Below, one piece after another: positions 23,925 to 35,777 of a stretch of 64,000 bases of DNA. The notes under the pieces are model-generated. The model was not told where the DNA came from, ran no database searches, and saw only the letters and a program-made list of their open reading frames with translations. Position 1 is the first letter of the stretch, and every line of letters begins with the position of its first letter. A program made the position numbers and the translations under genes. The DNA comes from Malacoraja senta (lineage: Eukaryota), in the NCBI GenBank assembly GCA_038087875.1, contig CM075997.1, positions 8,620,001 through 8,684,000 on the forward strand, read 5' to 3'.

Positions 23925-26900
23925 AATGGTTGGGGGGAGGGACTCAAATAGAGAATGCTATTAGACAGTGTCTGAGGCAGGAGGCAGAGAAGGAAAGCAC
24001 TCAGACCCAACATGTAGGGGGAAAGAAGAAAACAATAATATACAGAGAATAAGAGGTGGTGGGGTTCTTAAATGGGTGAGCAGAGAAACAGAGGGGTGTA
24101 AAATGCTGGCGGAAGCAATAGGTAGCAAGGTGAAAAGTAAAAGTGGCAGGCAGACAAATCCAGGGCAAAAATCAAAAAGGGCCACTTTTCAACATAATTC
24201 TATAAGGGGTAAGAGCATTGTAAAAACAAGCCTGAAGGCTTTGTGTCTCAATGCAAGGAGCATTTGTAATAAGGTGGATGAGTTGAACGTGCAGATAGCT
24301 ATTAATGATTATGATATAGTTGGGATCACGGAGACATGGCTCCAGGGTGACCAAGGCTGGGAGCTGAACATCCAGGGATATTCAATATTCAGGATAGAGA
24401 GAAAGGAAAAGGTGGGGTAGCGTTGCTGGTTAGAGAGGAGATTAACGCAATGGAAAGGAAGGACATTAGCTTAGAGGATGTGGAATCGGTATGGGTAGAG
24501 CTGCGAAACACTAAGGGGCAGAAAACGCTGGTGGGTGTTGTGTACAGGCCACCTAGCAGTAGTAGTGAAGTTGGGGATGGCATCAAACAGGAAATTAGAA
24601 ATGCATGCAACAAAGGCAAAACAGTTATAATGGGTGACTTCAATCTACATATAGATTGGGTGAATCAAATTGGCAGGGGTGCTGAGGAAGAGGATTTTCT
24701 TGGAATGTATGCGGGATAGTTATCTAAACCAACATGTAGAGGAACCAACGAGAGAGCAGGCTATTCTAGACTGGGTATTGAGTAATGAGGAAGGGTTAGT
24801 TAGCAGTCTTGTTGTGCGTGCCCCCTTGGGCAAGAGTGACCATAATATGGTTGAGATCTTCATTAGGATGGAGAGTGACATTGTTAATTCAGAAACAACG
24901 GTTCTGAACTTAAAGAAAGGTAACTTTGAGGGTATGAGACGTGAATTGGCCAAGATTGACTGGCATTTAGTTCTAAAAGGGTTGACGGTGGATGTGCAAT
25001 GGAAGGCATTTAAAGACTGCATGGATGAACTACAAAAATTGTTCATCCCAGTTTGGCAAAAGAATAAATCAGGGAAGGTAGTGCATCCGTGGATAACAAG
25101 GGAAATCAGGGATAGTATCAAAGCAAAAGATGATGCGTACAAATTAGCCAGAAAAAGCAGCATACCAGAGGACTGGGAGAAATTCAGAGACCAGCAGAGG
25201 AGGACAAAGGGCTTAATTAGGAAAGGGAAAATAAATTATGAAAGAAAACTGGCAGGGAACAGAAAAACTGACTGCAAAAGTTTTTATAGATATGTGAAGA
25301 GAAAGAGATTAGTTAAATCAAATGTAGGTCCCTTGCAGTCAGAAACAGGTGAATTGATCATGGGGAACAAGGATATGGCGGACCAATTGAATAACTACTT
25401 TGGTTCCGTCTTCACTAAGGAAGACATAAATAATCTGCCGGAAATAGCAGGGGACCGCGGGTCAAAGGAGATGGAGGAACTGAGTGAAATCCAGGTTAGT
25501 CGGGAAGTGGTGTTGGGTAAATTGAATAGATTAAAGGCTGATAAATCACCAGGGCCAGATAGGCTGCATCCCAGAGTACTTAAGGAAGTAGCTCCAGAAA
25601 TAGTGGATGCATTAGTGATAATTTTTCAAAACTCTTTCGATTCTGGAGTAGTTCCTGAGGATTGGTAGCAAACGTAACCCCACTTTTTAAGAAGGGAGGG
25701 AGAGAGAAAACGGGGAATTACAGACCAGTTAGTCTAACATCGGTAGTGGGGAAACTGCAAGAGTCAGTTATTAAAGATGGGATAGCAGCACATTTGGAAA
25801 GTGGTGAAATCATTGGACAAAGTCAGCATGGATTTACGAAAGGTAAATCATGTCTGACGAATCTTATAGAATTTTTTGAGGATGTAACTAGTAGAGTGGA
25901 TAGGGGAGAACCAGTGGATGTGTTGTATCTGGACTTTCAGAAGGCTTTCGACAAGGTCCCACATAAGAGATTAGTATACAAACTTAAAACACGGTATTGG
26001 GGGTTCAGTATTGATGTGGATAGAGAACTGGCTGGCAAACAGGAAGCAAAGAGTAGGAGTAAACGGGTCCTTTTCACAATGGCAGGCAGTGACTAGTGGG
26101 GTACCGCAAGGCTCAGTACTGGGACCCCAGCTATTTACAATTTATATTAATGAGCTGGATGAGGGAATTGAAGGCAACATCTCCAAGTTTGCGGATGGCA
26201 CTAAGCTGGGGGGAAGTGTTAGCTGTGAGGAGGATGCTAGGAGACTGCAAGGTGACTTGGATAGGCTGGGTGAGTGGGCAAATGTTTGGCAGATGCAGTA
26301 TAATGTGGATAAATGTGAGGTTATCCACTTTGGTGGCAAAAATAGGAAAGCAGACTATTATCTAAATGGTGGCCGATTAGGAAAAGGGGAGATGCAGCGA
26401 GACCTGGGTGTCATGGTACACCAGTCATTGAAAGTAGGCATGCAGGTACAGCAGGCAGTGAAGAGAGCGAATGGTATGTTAGCTTTCATAGCAAAAGGAT
26501 TTGAGTATAGGAGCAGGGAGGTTCTACTGCAGTTGTACAGGGTATTGGTGAGACCACACCTGGAGTATTGCATACAGTTTTGGTCTCCAAATCTGAGGAA
26601 GGACATTATAGCCATAGAGAGAGTGCAGAGGAGGTTCACCAGACTGATTTCTGGGATGTCAGGACTTTCATATGAAGAAAGGCTGGATAGACTTGGCTTA
26701 TACTCGCTAGAATTTAGGAGATTGAGAGGGGAACGTAGAAACGTACAAAATTCTTATGGGGTTGGACAGGCTAGATGCAGGAAGATTGTTACCGATGTTG
26801 GGGAAGTCCAGGACAAGGGGTCACAGCTTAAGGATAAGGGGGAAATCCTTTAAGACCGAGATGAGAAAAAACGTTTTCACACAGAGAGTGGTGAATCTCT

Positions 26901-27453
26901 GGAACTCTCTGCCACAGAGGGTAGTTGAGGCCAGTTCATTGGCTATATTTAAGAGGGAGTTAGATGTGGCCCTTGTGGCTAAAGGGATCAGGGGGTATGG
27001 AGAGAAGGCAGGTACGGGATACTGAGTTGGATGAACAGCCATGATCATATTGAATGGCGGTGCAGGCTCGAAGGGCCGAATGGTCTACTCCTGCACCTAT
27101 TTTCTATGTATCTATGTATCCCCCGGCCTCGTCACAAAGGACCAGGTACCGCCCCCTCCTGTCGTCCGACACATCATAGCCACATCCCTCCCACCGCCGC
27201 AGGTGACCGCGTCCTATAGGTCGAGCCGTAGCCCCGCCCCTCAGAAGACAGCGTCCTCCGCCAATTGGATCCATTCATCCCGCCCTAGCAACGGTTGCCA
27301 CGGCACAGCCGGCCTTCAAGGGGGGCCAGACTACAAAATGCTGCAGTAACTCAGCGGGACGGGCAGCTTCTCTGGAGAGAAGTAATGGGTGACATTTCGA
27401 GGTTGAGACCCACAGGAGAGATATAGACGGTGATGTGGAGTGAAAAGCTTTTA

Positions 27454-29052
27454 CATAGAAACATAGACAATAGGTGCAGGAGTTGGCTATTTGGCCCATC
27501 GAGCCAATCAGTACTCCATTCCGCCTTTCTCCCCATAACACCTTAATTCCGGTAGCCCTAAGAGCTAAATCTAACTCTCTCTTTAAAACATCCAGTGAAT
27601 TGCCTTCTGTGGCAGAGAATTCCACATATTCACAACTCTCTGGGTGGAAACGTTTTTCCTCATCTCCTTTTTCCTATACGGCCTACCCCTTATTCTTAGA
27701 CTGTGACTCCTGCTTCTGGACTTCCCCAACATGGGGAACATGTTTCCTGCCTGTAGCCTGTCCAAACCCTCAATAATCTTACGTGTTTCAATAAGATCTC
27801 CTCTCATCCTTCTAAATTCCAGAGTATACAAGCTCGATTCTATCAACATATGACAGACATCCAGCCATCCCGGGAATTAACCTTGTGAACCTACACTGCA
27901 TCCCTCGATAGCAAGAATGTCCTTCCTCAAATTTGGAGACCGATTTGCACCAAATTTGCACACAATACTCCAGGTGTGGTCCCACCAGGGCCCTGTAAAA
28001 CTGCAGAAGGACCTCTTTGCTCCTATACTCAACTCCTCTTGTTATCAAAGATCCTATAGCAAGCAAGATAGACCACTCGAAGAAAAAGACGTAGTACGGT
28101 CATGGGCAGATTCATGGGTAATTTTCGGCCCCATTTCCGTAACCGGCTTCCGTCTCCGCACCAAACATCTCATAGCGGAGCAAAGATAATTAGTACGGAG
28201 ACGGAAGCCGGTTACGGAAACATCCTCGTAAAAATAAAAGTTCTTTGATAAAAATCTTCTCCTCATTTTCAGAATTATAATTTATTAACACAAACTGTTC
28301 CCCCGCAACGTTAATTACACTGCAAGTCGGATCAGATCGGGTCGGGTTACTGAAATGGATGAAAAAAAGGCCCACGTTCCGCTCCGTTGCCTACTACACG
28401 TCAGCCCATTGCATTTAAAAGGAGTGGTCTATCCTGCTCCCCTATAGGATCTTTGCTTGTTATGAAGGCCAACATGCCATTAGCTTTCTTCACTGCCTGC
28501 TGTACCTGCATTCTTACTTTCAATGACTGATGAACAAGGACCCACAGATCCCCTTGTACTTCCCCTTTTCCCAATTTGACACCATTTAGATAATAAACTG
28601 CCTTCCTGTTTTTGCCACCAAAGTGGATAACCTTTTATCCACATTAAATTGCATCTGACATGCATCTGCCCACGGACCCAATCTGTCCAAGTCGCCCTGC
28701 ATCCTCATAGCATCCTCCTCACAGTTCACACTGCCACCAAGCTTTGTGTCACCTGCAAATTTGCTAATGTTACTTTTGATCCCTTCATCTAAATCATTAA
28801 TGTATATTATTAGTCGCTGCGGTCCCAGCACCAAGCCTTGCGGTATACCACTACTCACTGCCTGCCATTCTGAAAAGGATCCGCTAATTCCTACTCCTTG
28901 TTTCCTGTCTCCCAACCAATTTTCTATCCATGTCAGTCCCCACCCCTAATACCATGTGCTCTAATTTTGTCCACTAATATCCTGTGTGTGACCTTCTGAA
29001 ATGCTTTCTGAAAGTCCAGGAACTCTACATCCACTGGCTCTCCCTTGTGCAT
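27454..29052 (-). mobile_element. CR1 3' half, decayed and interrupted by a P-like MITE
   Basis: KGEPVDV.FLDFQKAF, GIPQG, GVEYRSKEVLLQ, YTLEFRRMRGDLIET; tail near 27454. Confidence 0.9.
28046..28455. mobile_element. 410-bp P-superfamily-like MITE
   Basis: TIRs CAAAGATCCTATAG../..CTATAGGATCTTTG; perfect 8-bp TSD CTTGTTAT (28038-28045, 28456-28463) splitting CR1 coding sequence. Confidence 0.9.
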
Positions 29053-29242
29053 CACTGCACCGCGGCCTCCCGCCACCGGAGGGCGCTTTACGCGGAGGAC
29101 GAGGCGCTGCACCGATCCCTTCAATAGACAGGGGTCGCTGCACACAGAGAAACAAAGACGGTGCGCCGCAGCGGGGCGCTACAGTCGGAGGACCAGAGAT
29201 GCTGCACCATGGCCTCCCGCCACCAGGTAGGCGCTGCAGTTA

Positions 29243-30104
29243 GAAGAACTGATGGAAATTCACATTCGGCAGGAAATGGTGTTGGGTAGTCTGATGGGAC
29301 TGAAGGCTGATAAATCCCCAGGGCCTGATGGTCTGCATCCCACGGTACTTAAGGAAGTGGCTCTAGAAATCGTGGACACATTGGTTATCATTTTCCAATG
29401 TTCTATAGATTCAGGATGAGATCCTGTGGATTAGAGGGTAGAGAATGTTATCCCACTTTTTAAGAAAGGCGGGAGAGCGGAAACGGAATTATAGACCAGT
29501 TAGCCTGACATCGGTGGTGGGGAAGATGCTGGAGTCAATTATGAAAAATGAAATAGCGGCACATTTGGATTGCAGTAACAGGATCGGTCCGAGTCAGCAT
29601 GGATTTACGAAGGGGAAATCATACTTGAGTAATCTTCTGGAATTGTTTGAGGGTGTAACTAAAAAAATGGACAAGGGAGAGCCAGTGGATGTAGTGTGCC
29701 TGGACTTTCAGAAAGCATTTGATAAGGTCCCACATATGAGATTAGTGGGCAAAATTAGGGCACATGGTATTGGGGGTAGGGTACTGTTGTGGATAGAAAA
29801 TTGGTTGTCAGACAAGAAACAAAGAGTAGGGATTAACGGGTCCCTTTCAGAATGGCAGGCAGTGACTAGTGGGGTACCACAAGGCTCGGTGCTGGGACTG
29901 TAACTATTTGCAATATACATAGATGAAGGGATTAAAAGTAACATTAGCAAATTTGCAGATGACACAAAGCTGGGTGGCAGTGTGAACTGTGAGGAGGATG
30001 CTGAGGATGCAGGGTGACTTGGACAGGTTGGGTGAGTGGGCAGATGCATTGCAGATGCAGTTTAATGTGGATAAATATGAAGTTATCCAATTTTGTGGCA
30101 AAAC
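29243..30104 (+). mobile_element. CR1 ORF2 internal fragment
   Basis: [43 protein letters not shown]. Confidence 0.9.
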
Positions 30105-30257
30105 ACGAAGGCTCTTGTGTAAATCCTACAAGCTGTTTGAGCGCTTCCTGCTTTCCAGGATTTCTCCATTGCTAGAACCTGCTCTGCCCAGAGAGGAAAC
30201 TGGCTTTAGACCTGGTAGAAGCTGCGCAGATCAAGTCCTTCCCATCACTACCAATAT
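30105..30257 (+). mobile_element. RTE-X-like LINE RT fragment
   Basis: LLC.SYKLFERFLLSRI.P..E..LP.E.TGFRPGRSC.DQV..IT..IE. Confidence 0.65.
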
Positions 30258-33200
30258 AGAAACATAGAAAATAGGTGCAGGAGTAGGCCATTCGGCCCTT
30301 CGAGCCTGCACCGCCATTCAATATGATCATGACTGATCATCCAACTCAGTATCCTGTACCTGCCTTCTCTCCATACCCGCTGATCCCTTTAGCCACAAGG
30401 GCCACATCTAACTCCCTCTTAAATATAGCCAATGAACTGGCCTCAACTACCTTCTGTGGCAGAGAGTTCCAGAGATTCACCACTGTCTGTGTGAAAAATG
30501 TTTTTCTCATCTCGGTCCTAAAGGATTTCCCCTTTATCCTTAAACTGTGACCCCTTGTCCTGGACTTCCCCAACATCGGGAACAATCTTCCTGCATCTAG
30601 CCTGTCCAACCCCTTTAGAATTTTGTAAGTTTCTATAAGATCCCCCCTCAATCTTCTAAATTCTAGCGAGCACAAGCCGAGTCTATCCAGTCTTTCTTCA
30701 TATGAATGTCCTGACATCCCAGGAATCAGTCTGGTGAACCTTCTCTATGGCAAGAATGTCTTTCCTCAGATTTGGAGACCAAAACTGTACGCAATACTCC
30801 AAGTGTGGTCTCACTAAGACCCTGTACAACTGCAGTAGAACCTCCCTGCTCCTATACTCAAATCTTTTTGCTATGAATGCTAACATACCATTCGCTTTCT
30901 TGACTGCCTGCTGCACCTGCATGCCTACTTTCAATGACTGGTGTACCATTACACCCAGGTCTCGTTGCATCTCCCCTTTTCCTAATCGGCCACCATTTAG
31001 ATAATAGTCTACTTTCCTGTTTTTGCCACCAAAGTGGATAACCTCACATTTATCCACATTATACTGCATCTGCCATGCATTTGCCCACTCACCCAGCCTA
31101 TCCAAGTCAACTTGCAGCCTCCTAGCATCCTCCTCACAGCTAACATTGCCCCCCAGCTTTGTGCATCCGCAAACTTGGAGATGTTGCATTCAATTCCCTC
31201 GTCCAAATCATTAATATATATTGTAAATAGCTGGGGTCCCAGCACTGAGCCTTGCGGTACCCCACTAGTCACTGCCTGCCATTCTGAAAAGGACCCGTTT
31301 ACTCCTACTCTTTGCTTCCTGTTTGCCAGCCAGTTCTCTATCCACATCAATACTGAACCCCCAATACTGTGTGCTTTAAGCTTGTATACTAATCTCTTAT
31401 GTGGGACCTTGTCGAAAGCCTTCTGAAAGTCCAGATATAACACATCCACTGGTTCTCCCTTATCCACTCTACTAGTTACATCCTCGACAAATTCTATAAG
31501 ATTCGTCAGACATGATATACCTTTCGTAAATCCATGCTGACTTTGTCCAATGATTTCACCACTTTCCAAATGTGCTGCTATCCCATCTTTAATAACTGAC
31601 TCTAGCAGTTTCCCCACTACCGATGTTAGACTAACTGGTAATTCCCTGTTTTCTCTCTCCCTCCCTTTTTAAAAGTGGGGTTACAATAGCTACCCTCCAA
31701 TCCTCAGGAAGTACTCCAGAATCTAAGGAGTTTTGAAAAATTATCACTAATGCATCCACTATATCTGGGGCTACTTCCTTAAGTACTCTGGGATGCAGCC
31801 TATCTGGCCCTGGGGATTTATTGGGCTTTAATCCATTCAATTTACCTAACACCATTTCCCGGCTAACCTGGATTTCACTCAGTTCCTCTATCTCATTTGA
31901 CCCGCGGTCCCCTGCTATTTCCGGCAGATTATTTGTCTTCCTTAGTGAAGACAGAACCAAAGTAGTTATTCAATTGATCTGCCATGTCCTTGTTCCCCAT
32001 GATCAATTCACCTGTTTCTGACTGCAAGGGACCTACATTTGTTTTAACTAATCTCTTTCTCTTCCCATATCTATAAAAACTTTTGCAGTCAGTTTATATG
32101 TACCCTGCCACTTTTCTTTCATAATCTATTTTCCCGTTCCTAATTATGCCCTTTGTCCTCCTCTGCTGGACTCTGAATTTCTCCCAGTCCTCTGGTAGGC
32201 TGCTTTTTCTGGCTAATTTGTACGCTTCATCTTTTGTTTTGATACTATCCCTAATTTCCCTTGTTATCCACGGATGCACTACCTTCCCTGGTTTATTCTT
32301 TTGCCAAACTGGGATGAACAATTCTTGCAGCTCATCCATGCAGTCTTTAAATGCCTTCCATTGCATATCCACTGTCAACCATTTAAGAATCAATTGCCAG
32401 TCAATCTTGGCCAATTCACGTCTCATACCCTCAAAGTTACCTTTCTTTAAGTTCAGAACCCTTGTTTCTGAATTAACAATGTCACTCTCCATCCTAATGA
32501 AGAACTCAACTCACTCTTGCCCAAGGGGCCACGAACAACAAGACTGCTAACTAAACCTTCCTCATTACTCAATACCCAGTCTAGAATAGCCTGCTCTCTC
32601 TTTGGTTCCTCTACATGTTGTTTAGAAACTATCCCGCATACAATCCAAGAAATTCTCTTCCTCAGCACCCCAGCCAATTTGATTCACCCAATCTATATGT
32701 AGATTGAAGTCACCCATTATAACTGTTTTACCTTTGTTGCACGCATTTCTAATTTCCTGTTTGATGCCATCCCCAACTCCACTACTACTGTTAGGTGGCC
32801 TGTACACAACACCCACTAGCGTTTTCTGCCCCTTAGTGTTTCGCAGCTCTACCCATATCAATTCCACATCCTCCAAGCTAATGTCCTTCCTTTCCATTGC
32901 GTTAATCTCCTCTCTAACCATAGAAACATAGAAAATAGGTGCAGGAGTAGGCCATTCATGGTTGATCATCCAACTCAGTATCCTGTACCTGCCTTCTCTC
33001 CATACCCCTTATCCCTTTAGCCACAAGGGCCACATCTAACTCCTTCTTAAATATAGCCAATGAACTGGCCTCAACTACCTTCTGTGGCAGAGAATCCACA
33101 GATTCACCACTCTCTGTGTGAAAAATGATTTTCTCATCTCGGTCCTAAGACTTTCCCCTTACTCTTAAAATGTGACCGCTTGTTCTGGACTTCCCCAACA

Positions 33201-33722
33201 TCGGGAATAATCTTCCTGCATCTAGCCTGTCCAACCCCTTAAGAATTTTGTAAGTTTCTATAAGATCCCCCCTCAATCTTCTAAATTCTAGCGAGTACAA
33301 GCCGAGTCTATCCAGTCTTTCTGCATATGAAAGTCCTGCCATCCCAGGAATCAGGGATGGCAGGATAACCAGCAACACTACCCCACCTCCTTTTCCTTTC
33401 TGTCTATCCCTCCTGAATATTGAATATCCCTGGATGTTCAGCTCCCAGCCTTGGTCACCCTGGAGCCATGTCTCCGTGATCCCAACTATATCATAATCAT
33501 TAATAGCTATCTGCACATTGAACTCATCCACCTTGTTACGAATGCTCCTTGCATTGAGACACAAAGCCTTCAGGCTTGTTTTTACAACGCTCTTACCCCT
33601 TATACAATTATGTTGAAAAGTGGCCCTTTTTGATTTTTACCCTGGATTTGTCTGCCTGCCACTTTTACTTTTCACCTTGCTACCTATTGCTTCTACCCCC
33701 ATTTTACACCCCTCTGTCTCTG
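30257..33722 (-). mobile_element. CR1 subfamily B ORF2 plus tail, decayed, with a second CR1 3' fragment nested at ~32919-33354
   Basis: EN and RT pieces in ORFs from 33145-33564 down to 30346-30717; nested tail flanked by TAACCA. Confidence 0.92.
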
Positions 33723-33724
33723 AG

Positions 33725-34021
33725 CAGAGAGAGTTCTGACCAGTGGGTTATGACCTCCATCGCAAGCCATGGCTAACCCTGAACAGAATCCTCACCCTCC
33801 ATGCATGAACAGCCCATCACCTGCACAAGTGGGGATGATAGAAAGCCCTACTTGCAACTGTGGACATCCAGACCAGACCGCCGCACACATCGTGAATGAC
33901 TGCCCACTGAGGGTTTTCCCTGGGGGCATCAAACCCATCCACCCAGTGACGGATGCTATCCTGGCCTGGATGTGTACCCTTGAACTACATCTTTAGGCTG
34001 TGCACGCCATACGCAAGAAGA
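33725..34021 (+). mobile_element. RTE-X-like LINE C-terminus and 3' end
   Basis: SPTCNCG..QT..HIVNDCP zinc-knuckle-like motif, stop codon, then CCATACGCAAGAAGA end. Confidence 0.6.
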
Positions 34022-34655
34022 CCACCCCTTTTCCACCCCAGCCTCTCACCTCCCCTCCCAGCCCCCTGACTCTCTTCTCTCAGCCTCCTCCCTCAGATCT
34101 CTCTCCTGACTCTCTCTTCTCCTCTCTCGCCTCCTGACTCTCTCTCTCTCTGACCCTCCCCACTCTCTCTGACCCTCTCCCCTTATTCCTGCCCCTCTCA
34201 GCATTCCCCCTCAGATATCTCTCTCTCGACCCTCTCTTCTGACTCTCTCTCCACCCCTCGCCACTCTCTCTTTCCACTCTATCTCTCTCTGATCTCTCTA
34301 TCTCTCCTCTCTCTCCTCTTTCTGATCTCTCTCTTTCCACCCTCTCTCTCCTCTCTCTCTCACCCTCCCTCTTCTCCCCCGGGTCCCCACTCTCTACCCG
34401 TGCCTGGGCCCTTTTCCACCGGTCCTCCTCCTCCTCTCCCCGGGCCGCGGCTCCATTTCATCTGCTCCCACCCCCCGTAACCGGGGGCTCGCGCTCCAAC
34501 CCGCTAGCGGTTGATGATGCTCCACTTGTCGCTCGCGCTCAGGCTCAGGCCCAGGCCCCGCTCGGCGCTCGGCTCACCCCGCCTGACCTGGAGGACCATC
34601 TGTACTCCACTTGCCCGCTTGGAGGACCGCTGGCTCCCATCAGCAAAGATCCTAT

Positions 34656-35539
34656 AGGGGGGTTGCACGTAAGGTCACCGGGTCATAGGGCTTGACGCAC
34701 GGAGCCGCTCAATCCATCTGGAGGACATCCGTAACTTCCGGTATATGTTATTAATACAAGAAACACGTACTTTCCTACCTGTTAAAAACCGCCAAAATGT
34801 TGAATTTTTTCGCTGTAAAAAATTGTGGAAGTCGGGGTAAGTGTGAGAGACATGTACCCAACTTCAGAATTCCTAAAGTGAAGCGAAATGAAAGGAAAGA
34901 GAAGCGAGAGCTGAAGGGACAACAACAGCTAAAGTGCTTGGTGAACATTGGCCGTGCAGATATCGGAATTGAAAATATCGGGATTTATCGCGTTTGTTCG
35001 CTGCATTTCATTAACGGTAAGGCATTTTTTTTTATTTCTTTGGTATCTAAAAAGTCTCAGAAGTGGTAAATCTGGTTGTAAATTTAGCTTCAGAGGCGTT
35101 TTATTTTTGTATGTAAAAACCCACGAGAACCAGGGGCGATTTTAAAATTTTGCAGCCAGATTTATCCCTTCTGAAACTTTTTAGATGCCAAAGGAATCAA
35201 GAAAAAACACAAATAATGCCTTAGTTGTTGAAATGCAGTGAGCAAACGGCCAATGTTCGCCAAGCACTTGGGCTGTTGTTGTTCCTTTCAGCTCTCGCTT
35301 CAATCTACCGTAATTTCTCCTCACTTTTTTGAATTCTGAAGTTTCTCTCAGGCTTATCCCGATTTCCATAATTATTTACAGCGCAAAAATTTACCATTTC
35401 GGCGGGTTTTAACGGGCCCCCGCTACGCTGCAAACAATGGTAAGTGCCTACCCGCAGTTCATCGCGTGTAATCCACTTGGCGTAGCGTAGCAACAGTACG
35501 GGTCATGGGGTCGTGACCCGACTGCCGTGAAACCTCCCT
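34656..35539. mobile_element. Non-autonomous THAP-containing DNA transposon (ISL2EU/IS4EU-like)
   Basis: TIR AGGGGGGTTGCACG / CGTGAAACCTCCCT; AT (or TATA) duplication; removing it restores the host TIR CCTATAGCGG. Confidence 0.7.
34797..35069 (+). pseudogene. Degenerate THAP domain (transposon N-terminus)
   Basis: M.NF(F)AVKNCG.R..FRIPKV..NI.R..YRVCSLHFI.G; possible donor GTAAGG at 35017; first Cys and Trp substituted. Confidence 0.75.
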
Positions 35540-35587
35540 ATAGCGGACGGAGCAAGATAGACCACTCCTGCTAAATGCAATGGGCTG

Positions 35588-35777
35588 GTACACAAAAATG
35601 CTGGAGAAACTCAGCGGGTGCAGCAGCATCTATGGAGCGATGGAAATAGGCAACGTTTCGGGCCGAAACGTTGCCTATTTCCTTCGCTCCATAGATGCTG
35701 CTGCACCCGCTGAGTTTCTCCAGCATTTTTGTGTACCTTCGATTTTCCAACTTCTGCAGTTCCTTCTTTAACACAAG
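35588..35777. mobile_element. PLE-derived fold-back insertion
   Basis: 75-bp arms with one mismatch centred on 35662; 12-bp TSD TGCAATGGGCTG (35576-35587, 35778-35789); sequence matches pLTR pieces elsewhere in the window. Confidence 0.8.

Larger units (their letters stand above)
22593..27120 (+). mobile_element. Full-length CR1 LINE subfamily B (5' UTR repeats, ORF1, frameshifted ORF2, tail)
   Basis: ORF1, then EN (NARS, ITETW, MGDFN, SDHN) and RT motifs, 3' UTR and TTCTATGT-like tail. Confidence 0.95.
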
